Assembly (NCBI GenBank): GCA_051941275.1
Contig: JAVEBF010000002.1
Span: forward strand, 62,001-98,719
Reading direction: 5' to 3'
Origin: Dirinaria sp. TL-2023a
Lineage: Eukaryota
Length of the DNA: 36,719 nucleotides
Under the pieces are notes generated by a model. That model had not been told where the DNA came from. It saw nothing but the letters and a program-made list of their open reading frames with translations, and did no database searches. This document shows positions 21,947 to 31,726 of this stretch, one piece after another. The position numbers and the translations under genes are program-made. Each line of letters begins with the position of its first letter. The first letter of the stretch is position 1.

Positions 21947-24900
21947 TTAGGGCTGTTTGGCAGAGGATGGAGACCAGCGAGGCGAAGAGACTGAGTACGG
22001 CGCTGATCCAGGACCGGAAGCGTTAGAAGGCGAACTTGGACTAAATGAGCCCACCGGACCTAGTGATTCCCATAGGTCAGCGTTTACCTCTCCCAAACAA
22101 CTTTCCATAAATAAGTCCGTCCAAAGCGAGCTACTCCGAACGTATTCCAAATAATCCCGACTACAATACTTTTGCCGGGCTTCACAAGAGGTTAATGCTT
22201 CGATAGAACTACGACTCACTTGTAGGGCTATAGCTGTTCAAACGCAAGTTAGCAAGGGTCTTGTCTTAAGAGAGGCAGCCATCTTACACAGGTGACGTAG
22301 GCGATGCCTTAGAGCCTGCCTGAGGCGAGAATTGCGGTGATCCTGGTGTCCATTGCGGTGACTAAACCGAAATTCGTCAGCTTGAACAGTGCGCAAACTC
22401 GGGAGAACTCACAGCCGGCGAATAAACAGGACTAGTCCCAGATGCACCTGTTGGACCACCAAAGACAGGAGAACTACGTAGATTTTTAGCGTTTAATAAA
22501 GCAATTCAGAGTCCGGCGACACCTACCTGGGACTATAAGTCGGCGATGCAGGCGAGAAGTTTGGTGAGCTGGCTCATATTTAGCAGCTTTCCATGGAAAA
22601 GCGAAAGATGCTAACCTAGGCGAGCCGTAATTGAATTGAGGACTTGAAGGGGAGTATTGGGGGGATCTGTCACATGTAGTCAGCGGAGTACTTGATATAG
22701 GGGCATGAACGGAGAGAGCAATTGCTTACGTGGGGCTTGCACCCATCGGAGACGTAGGAGACGCAAACATGGGGCTCTGGCTGGAGGTAAGTTTCCCGGT
22801 TAAAGGCTGTCAGAGGTAATATGGGCTTACCGATGGGGAATAAGCTGGGGAACTATGAAAAAACTTAGTAAGATAGCGAGGAAGAAAGAACAAGGGGTAA
22901 AGTGGGAAAATAGCAAGACCTACGTAGGCGTGAATGAAGGGCTCGAGGGACCTATCACGATATCATTGTCAGCAATCGCTGTGTCCACATGGGTTGATAA
23001 GATATTGGGCCTCTCGAAAGAGTAAAGGCTCATATACGAGTCTAGGGAAACAATGGACTGCGTTGGGGGATTTGCGGGACGAGATTTTACGTACTGAAAG
23101 CTGGAGATCTACGCTATTTTTTAGTATTTGAATCTATCAAACAATGAGGGAAAGGGTCTCTTACGTTGGCGTGAACGATGGGGACTGAGGTGAAAATCGT
23201 GGGGATGCAGCAAAACCAGGACTGGCAATTCCCATGCTAGGAGAACTATCATTTGATTAGCTATGCCTCCAAGGTTTGAAGAAATCACTTGCCTTGGAGA
23301 GTAGTATCCACCGGGACTGGCAGGCGAAAAGCCAGGCGAAGCTGCGCCGGAACCGAAAGGAGAATGGGGCGAGTAGCCTCCCGGAGACCGAGCAGAGTAA
23401 GGGCTGAATCCACCGCTTCCAAAGCCTTGAGGCTGATACTCGGAGAATCCGCCTGGGGTTGCGGCGCCGGCGTTGACAATGGGCGAAAAGCCTGCACCAT
23501 AGTCAGGGGTCCCAAGGTAACCGCTGTCTTGCAATGGAGAGCCTCCATAATCGGTTGCGTGGCCGGTGGGGCTCATATTCCCTTTCACTCCAATGTTGGC
23601 CATGATGCCTAATTTGGCGTTATCTGCGACGACAGTATCAAGCATCGCCTGATCTAGAAATATTTCGTGCTCGCCCGTGCCAAGAGGAGCAAGTTGTCCA
23701 AGCATTACGTTCTCCGACACACCGCGACAGTCATCGAGCTCCCCTGTAGCAGCAGCTTCAAGCAGAATTTCTACGGTTTCCTCAAACGAGCATCTCATGA
23801 GGACGCCAGTATCTGCTCGGTTGATCCCGTGACGAGTGACGGCCATCAAGTGGCCTCGAGACGTCATAACGTCAACAAGTAGCGCCAGATGACGGTGATT
23901 GACGTAGGAGCCATCGAAAGCCAGAACTTGCGTGAGTTCGCGCATGAGCGCAGATCTAGTTGCTTCAATACCGAAGACCTCGAAGACTTCAATGAAAGAA
24001 TTCGAGTATGTCCTGGTGGGATCAACTCCAGGTACGGTTAAGACAGCAGCAAGCGCAGAGCCGCTCGTGTCTAAGAACCATTCCTTACAAAGCGGATCAT
24101 CCTTTACCATCGATAATGCACCATCTTCCTTCACACGAAGCTTGACCCTCGTGTTCAAAAATGCCTTCTCGATGCCCGGGACGCCTCTCAAAGTGACGTT
24201 GTCCAGGAGTTCGCTCTCCAAACCCTTAAGCATGACATCTCCTTCCTCATCGTTCTCCTCTTCGTCAGGTTTGCTGTTGTCATGTATTACACGTGTACGG
24301 ATCACCTGTTCATCCGCATTGTCATCGCTGAAAATGATAGCGAGATTTCCAGCAAAAATCCCTTTAATTTTTGCGGCCACCTCAGACACTGTCAGTCCCT
24401 TGTCAAGAAGACTCTTGCGACTCAGTACAATACGCAATAGCCATCTAGACTGACGGTACATGTCTTCAGCATCGGCTTCAGGAAGGATAAAATAGGAGTC
24501 CACCATATCCCGGTCCGCTTCAATAACAGTCGACTGAATATCTGGATCATAATAGATTTCCGTGGTCTCAGTGACCGAACGTAGGGTAGTGTGCTCGACA
24601 GCACTCCGGAGTACCTTCGCAGTATCTTGATTACCCGTTTTACCTTCCTCCTGGTAAACTGTCATGGAGGGAGTCTTGATGTTTTTGGCCACATTGAGGA
24701 TTTCTTTGAGACGCGGGACACCAAGGGTAACGTTCTTCGAAGAAACACCAGCGAAGTGGAAAGTGTTTAGCGTCATCTGCGTCGCGGGCTCTCCAATCGA
24801 TTGAGCGGCTAGAACACCAACCATTTCACCAGGGCTCACAGTAGCCCTGCAAAAGCGACTCTCAATCTCGCCCAGAACATGTTGGAATGCTAGCTTATTA

Positions 24901-27900
24901 AGCGAAGACTCCATCACCAATCGCTTAAACGCTAGACGCGAACGAAGCTGGGCTTTGAACAGCAAAGTCGCATTGTGCTGGTTTTCCTTGGACAAAGCGT
25001 CCTCGCCACGGACAACCACGAGTCGGTTCAGTAGATCGTTGACCTGTGGGATGACCTCGGCTGGGTGAAGGTTGCTACGAGCGCCATTTTTAATGTTGAA
25101 GGTTGTTTTAGCGGTGTCAAGAATCCTGATGACATTCAGAGGCAGTTGTAGCTGATCGTTATCATCTGTCTTGTTCTTCCGTAGGAAATCACGTGCCGCC
25201 TTCAGCTGCTCGAATTCTTGATCGAGATATTGCTGAACTTCCATGTTGCCGGCTATCTCCGTGGCTTGCTCCAGGAACTCGGTAGAAATGCTGGTGCGCG
25301 GATCATCTTCCATCAAGTCTACACGAAACATCTTCTCAAACGAAGCGTCCGAGCACTTAATGATGTCAAGGCTTTGCAACTCAATTGTAGCTCCATCGAG
25401 ACCATCTTCGCCGTAGATGAATTGTACAATATCGCCGAGCGAATTGCGGATGGTTCCATCATACTTTGCCATGACGTCTTCTAGGGCTTTCACAAGACGA
25501 CGCTGAATATATCCCGTCTCGGCAGTCTTCACAGCGGTGTCTATCAAACCCTCACGGCCAGCCATTGCGTGGAAGAAAAATTCAGTAGGCGTGAGTCCGC
25601 GAAGGTAAGAGTTCTCAACGAACCCTCGAGATTCCGGCGAGTAGTCGTCTTTGGTGAAATGCGGTAACGTCCGGTATTTGAAGCCGAACGGTATACGCTT
25701 GCCTTCTACCGACTGCTGACCAACTACGGCAGTCATCTGGGAGATGTTTATAGTCGAACCCTTGGATCCAGACCGGGCCATTTGAATAGCATTGTTGAGG
25801 TCTTTGAGACTCTTCTCAGTCTCTGTGCCTGCGTCATCACGAGCTTTGTTCAAAGCTTTCGAGACTCTGCTTTCAAACGTCTCTCGGACATTCATACCGG
25901 GAAGAGTATCCAATACGCTCTCCGTGGCGCTCTTAGTAATCTCCGAGACCTCCGCTTTTTGTTTGTTCACAGCATTCTCAATACGTTTAATAGTCTCGCG
26001 GTCTGGAATAGTATCGCCAATGCCAATACTGAACCCATTGTGGAGGAGCCAGTAGTTGACCACGGTTTGTGCCCCGTTGAAAAAAGCCATTGCAGCTTCT
26101 GGGCCCTTCTCATTGTATACAATGTGGATGATCCCCCCCGAGCTTGCGCCAACGATCTTCTTGTTCAACAGACCATACATCATTTCACCGTTCGATATGA
26201 GCAGCCCACTGTCGTCTATCGGGGAGAAGCCATCGTCTCCGGGACGGCCCAAGTTAAGTCCTGGAGGTATTGCAAGGCTAATGATCTGCTTGCCTGTCCA
26301 CATAGGTGAAGGCTTAAGAATGGCAGGCTGTGGGATAATACCGTCCCAGTCAGGTACCCACAGAAGGATATTCATAACTTGATCTTGGTTAAGAAACACA
26401 TCGCGTCGACATATCTTGTAAATTCCGCACAGCGTATCCTGGACAATGCCCATCAATGGGCCATTGCGCTGTGGTGAGACAATATTGAGCGGTACCATGC
26501 ACAATTGATTAACCTCTGCACGAGTCTCTTCGCTCTGAGGTACATGCAAGTTCATTTCATCGCCATCGAAATCTGCATTATACGGTGATGTGACTGATAG
26601 GTTGAGTCGGAAAGTCGAGTAAGGCATGACCCGAACACGGTGGCCCATCATGGACTCCTTGTGTAGGGAAGGCTGACGGTTGAATATGATGTAGTCCCCG
26701 TCAACAATGTGACGCTCCACTTTCCAGCCGTACTGCAATGAGATATCTCCAGCCCGCTTGTGGTAACGCAAATCGATTCTCTCTCCAGTATCGCGTATTA
26801 CATATCTGGCACCAGGATGCTCATTGGGGCCGTTCTTGACTAACTGGTGCAGTTTGTGGATATTGTAGGGTGTGACGGTTTCTGGGTAAGTGAGAGTCCG
26901 CGCAATGCTTCGTGGAACGCCGACTTCATCCAAAGACAGGTTTGGATCACCCGTAATGACAGTACGAGCTGAGAAATCAACTCGTTTGCCCATCAAGTTA
27001 CCGCGAACTCTACCCTCTTTCCCTTTCAAGCGAGATCTAATGGCTTTGACAGGTCGACCCGACTTCTGCAGAGCTTGTGGCTGGCCAGCCGTGTCATTGG
27101 CCATATATGTCGCGACATGGAATTGCAGCAGAGTCTCGAATTCTTCAATAATGTGGGCCGGTGTTCCCTCCACCTCACCACGGCGCACATTGCCATTAGC
27201 ACGAATAATGTCACCGAGTTTATATGTTAAATCGTCTTCACCGGCCGGTCCATCGCCAGCGTCGGTTTTTATACTCGGCCGAACAGGAGGTGGAGGCACT
27301 GGCAGGACGGTAATTATCATCCACTCCGGGCGAGCATAATCGTTGCTCAACCCTATGTTTTTGATGTCCTCGGCGGACATGTGGCGGAAGATATTCAAGG
27401 CCATCTGCGGGGTGATCGGCCTCTTCTCCGGCTGTTGTGGGTCGTTATCGTCGTCCCCCTTCTGAGCCTTCCACGTCCCAATCAACTTCAGCCCGTCTTT
27501 GCGGACCTCAGGCTGTATATTTCCGCATCCGCCGTGACCAGGTCCGTGGTCCTTCTGTGGCTCTTTGTCGTCCTCGTCCTGTGTGATTGTGGTCTCACAG
27601 ATCATCTTAGGCTTGCAGAGCCGCCAGATAGCCTCAAAACGCCTCTTCGGATCGCGAATGCGTAGGGCGTCTTTGAAGGCAGGGTTCGACTATAGAGAAT
27701 AATTGTCAGCACGCGCCGTCAAAGAACCCCGTCATCGCATGAAAGAGTGACGAACATCGTCCACTAAGATCTTGCCACAATTATGGCAAACCATTTCCAA
27801 AAGTTTCTTGATCTTAGATATGAAGCCTGAGATTAGGTTAGCCATGCTTAAGTGTGAAAAAATCACCAATGCCAGACCTGTATGGAAGACGGGAACAGCG

Positions 27901-28163
27901 AGCTCGATGTGTCCAAAATGCCCTGGGCACTCGGTCATACCCTCGTCACATGTTCCGCACTTCATGCTCCTATCGATCGTACCAAGCCGTGGATCTGCTA
28001 ACCCCATCCTCTTGGGTCCTTTCTGTTGCTCGTCTTGAGTTTCAGGAAACTCTATGGCGGCAGCGCTCATGTTCTTAATTTCCTCCGGAGACAAAAGTCC
28101 AAACTGAATCTCCTCGATCGCGCGCAGAGGTGCACTGGAATACGCGAAATTCAGATTCGCCAT
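21947..28163 (-). CDS. RPB1: RNA polymerase II largest subunit, including a multi-microexon CTD
   Basis: ATG at 28163 ([14 protein letters not shown]); introns 27827-27877 and 27690-27755; large exon 27689-23293 carrying [11 protein letters not shown] (upstream exon), [24 protein letters not shown], the bridge helix and [12 protein letters not shown]. Eleven further exons, joined in frame to TAA at 21947, encode the CTD: 23245-23165, 23108-23095, 22951-22924, 22852-22831, 22776-22730, 22666-22616, 22568-22527, 22473-22413, 22361-22288, 22233-22220, 22059-21947. Confidence 0.96.
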
Positions 28164-28989
28164 TCTGCTGATGATAGATGCAGTCCTCAGGTTGATGCAG
28201 GTTGATGCTGACACTAACACTGATATTTCAATAAATTGCTGACGCTCTTGCAGAACTTGTTCAGTACAAGAAGACAGCAATATCCATCAACGGAGTGAAA
28301 GCGATCAATATCGCTTCTTCAGTATCTAAAAACGAATTACTGCTCTTCCTGGCAGTGCGACACAGCCTGCGTGGCGAGCCACGACAAGGCGGTCTCCCAC
28401 AGTGCTCGCCTGATATCGCTCCAGGTTCTCTTTGTTACGACTTGATCTTGGATTCTGGAGTGAACAGCGAAGCGATGAAGTCTGAGATCACAGCTATCAA
28501 TGATGATATCACCGGCATACACGATAGAGGGGAGCTTGGGTTGTTGATGCTGAGGAGAGAAGGGAGGAGGATGGTGCAAGTGTGTGAAGTCCCGTCCACA
28601 ACAGTTGACATTTCTTTCACTTCTGCCACAGTTTAGCGTGTAATTTTAGAGTCATATTATCGACTAACCGCTTTTGTCGTCACTCCTCGCTTAGATGTCT
28701 ATGTACGTACATGTATCATGTGACTAGAGTAGATTCCACTGGCAGCCGAGGCAGCGGGATGCCTCGGGTGCACTTTCCGTAAATCTCAAAGTTTATTTTC
28801 ATTTGCTTTTCTTTTACAATTACCGGCTCGACACTCACTACCTTACCTATTAGACTCGATGATACTCAAAAGGGATCATTTCAGTCATGCAGCCAGCCCT
28901 TGAATATCTTAAAGCTTTGACGGGCATCCTCGAAATCTCTTTGCCGTACAACTTACACCGAATGCCAACTCGAGCCACCTAAGTTTGCG

Positions 28990-30683
28990 ATGAATAGCTC
29001 ACTGATAGATCCATTCATACTTGCTCAGGACTATCCCGAGTCGTTAACTGGAAGATTGCGTGAGTTTGGGAGTGGCACCGAGCACTCCTCGCGGAATTGA
29101 CCGGCCGCAGGCTCGGGGCATGCAACTTGCATCAAGTTCAATCGCAAAGGGGACTTCCTCGCTTCTGGCAGAGTGGGTGTAGCATACGATCAACGCGCAA
29201 TGTATCTGACGCATTAACAATGGCTCCAAGGTTGATGGCACAATTGTTGTCTTTGATATTGAAACGAACGGTGTTGCACGCAAGCTGAGGGGTCACACAC
29301 GCCAAATACAGTCATTGAGGTACGTTAAAACTCCGGCGGATCTCCACATTGTTCTCACTATGCACAGTTGGTCTCGGAGCGGTAGATACCTCCTCAGCTC
29401 CTCACAAGATTGGAAGTGTGTACTCTGGGATCTTCATGATGGCGCACGACTCCGAATTGTAAGATTTGAAGCCCCGGTCTACATTGCAGAGCTACACCCA
29501 TACAATCAGTAAGCTTCAGGCGCTTCAAAATTTTTCCAGTCGCTCATGAATTCCAGTTTCCTATTTGTTGCCTCGTTGTTTGAAGATCAGCCAATGCTTG
29601 TGGATATTTCTAGCTCTATTCCAGTCAAGCGACAACTTCCATCCGCGCCGAAACGCTCCAGGATCGATGGCGAAGCCATGACTGAGAAGCAAGCGGCGCA
29701 GGATGCCAAACAAAATACCTGCGTAACAATCTTCACCTCCCTTGGAAATCATATCATAACGGGCACCAACAAAGGGTGGCTCAACATCATCGAGACGGAG
29801 TCTTGCCAGACCATCCACTCAACACGGCTTTGCAACAATGGGATAATAATTCTACTCAGACTCACAGTCTCCGGAAGAGACATGGTGTCCAACTCCAGTG
29901 ATCGTATAATACGCACCATTCGTTTACCAGATCTTGGCCGGATCGACTTAGATATTGATGACATCCGTCTGGAAGTAGAGCATAAATTCCAAGACGTTGT
30001 CAATAGGCTCTCGTGGAATCATGTAGCTTTCAGCTCAACTGGAGAATATGTTACAGCTTCGACATACATGAATCACGACATATATGTCTGGGAGAGGGGT
30101 CATGGGAGTTTAGTCAAAATTCTCGAAGGGCCGAAAGAGGAACTTGGCGTGATAGACGTCTGTCCGTGTGTCATATGACCGTTTTCTAAAGCTGATTGGT
30201 CAGTAGTGGCATCCGCATCGACCGTTCGTTGCAGCTTGCGGCCTAGAAACGGGCCGCGTTTACCTCTTCTCCATCGTTACTCCCCAACGTTGGTCAGCGC
30301 TCGCTCCTGATTTTGCGGAAGTAGAAGAAAATGTTGAATACATTGAACGCGAAGATGAGTTTGACATTCACCCCATTGAGGAGATTCACAAGCGTCGATT
30401 AGACCTTGAAGACGAGGTCGTGGACGTCCTCACGGTAGAACCTGCCAAAAGCGAGTTCGAGGAATCATTTAGCATGCCCGTGCTCCTGGACATCATTGAC
30501 AGCGAAAGTGAGGAAGACATTGTGGCGGTCGGCCCGGGTACCATGAGACGAAGAAGCCCTGGAGAAGGGCGAGAATGGATGAACAGAGGCCAGAGTGGAG
30601 ACAGTGCTGACGAGCGAGCTGGAACCAGGCGCTCGGTGGCGAATGGTTCCGCAACCAGTGCGGCAAGAATTCGAAGACGTTGA
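28990..30683 (+). CDS. SWD1: COMPASS/Set1C WD40 subunit Swd1 (RBBP5 homolog)
   Basis: MNSSLIDPFILAQDYPE..FNRKGDFLASGR|VDG..LRGHTRQIQSLS|WSRSGRYLLSSSQDW..EHKFQDVVNRLSW..LVKILEGPKEEL..WHP..QRWSALAPDFAEVEENVEYIEREDEFD. Introns 29060-29110, 29173-29230, 29320-29367, 29509-29556, 30158-30206. Confidence 0.95.
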
Positions 30684-31259
30684 TATTGGCCATGTTACGC
30701 AGTGATCTACGTGCCCAACAATGACACCGTTCCACCGTACGAAGGGACGTGTCAATTGCCATCCTGCACCCTGCTATCTGATCACTACGCTCATCGTCGA
30801 ATCACATCGCAAGAGGTATGAGCTTGCCCAACAATATCCAGGCTCTAGATCCATACTTTGAGTTTGACTTCCATTAAAGGTACGTAGCGCGCTCTAGACC
30901 CTAGCTGGATAAAGTCGGCCACAAAATCCTCGCCTGCGGTATTCCTGCAGCCGCGCATCGATTGGGCTCGCAATGGGACGGTCTCTGGCCTGGTTTACGA
31001 GCATTATCTCAAAAAGCCTCCATCTAGTAGAATAGTCATACACGGAGAGGGCTGACGCACCTTTCACTTTTGCAAATCCTCCTATGCCACTTTCAAGGAT
31101 GGGCCTCATAATCGTTTTGTATGTATGCAAGTTGTGCTTGTTACATTGGAGAGTAATAATACAGATCCACCTATAAAGGAAATTCTAGGAAATCTACAGA
31201 ATTATTATTGTGAAGGCGGTTGAAAATAAGCGTGCTTTGCCGAGGCACTTTCGGAGGTG

Positions 31260-31360
31260 GAAGGCACAGGTACTTAAGGCAGGTAGTGAGGTAAGGCAGG
31301 TACGAGTACCTGGCTTACAGTAATGTTCCTTAAGATACCTTACTTAAGTAAGGTAGTTCT
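31260..31360. promoter_or_regulatory. AGGTA-rich cluster with a 20-bp perfect palindrome upstream of the glucosyltransferase gene
   Basis: TACCTTACTTAAGTAAGGTA at 31336-31355; several CAGGTA/GAGGTA copies. Confidence 0.5.
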
Positions 31361-31726
31361 AGCGTACTGAGAAAGGCAACCTTTATCTCAGGCACTTTCT
31401 TCGTGCCTGGGATACTTTTGACCTCAATCAGCAAGCTCGATGTGAAGAGGCAAAGAGTGTCACCATCGACCGGAGGAGACAAGTGCTGCGGCTCGTGCTG
31501 TGAAGCCATCATGTATCTAAACTCATTCATACCTTAGATCCTGTTCAGTGTCAATTTGCCGAATACGTCACAGCTCATTCAAATCAAGTGACTACGGCAA
31601 GCATTTCCATGTGAAGCCGGGCATTTCTCCCTGAAGTACTAGAGTTGGTCTCCTTTTGCATACTTTACTGTAATGGCTCCAGCTACTTCGACTTCATACC
31701 TCGCATCCATCATCTGAGCTTATGCG

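Noticed and set aside
23121..23292. ORF-track C-terminus of RPB1 ([10 protein letters not shown]...FDRFKY)
   Set aside because: Read-through of a GC-AG intron. Splicing gives SP-repeat CTD sequence instead.
23285..27665. Numerous antisense and alternate-frame ORFs over RPB1, HIS4, PAH1, the FN3 gene and the glucosyltransferase
   Set aside because: Shadow ORFs expected opposite long coding exons; no independent protein signatures.
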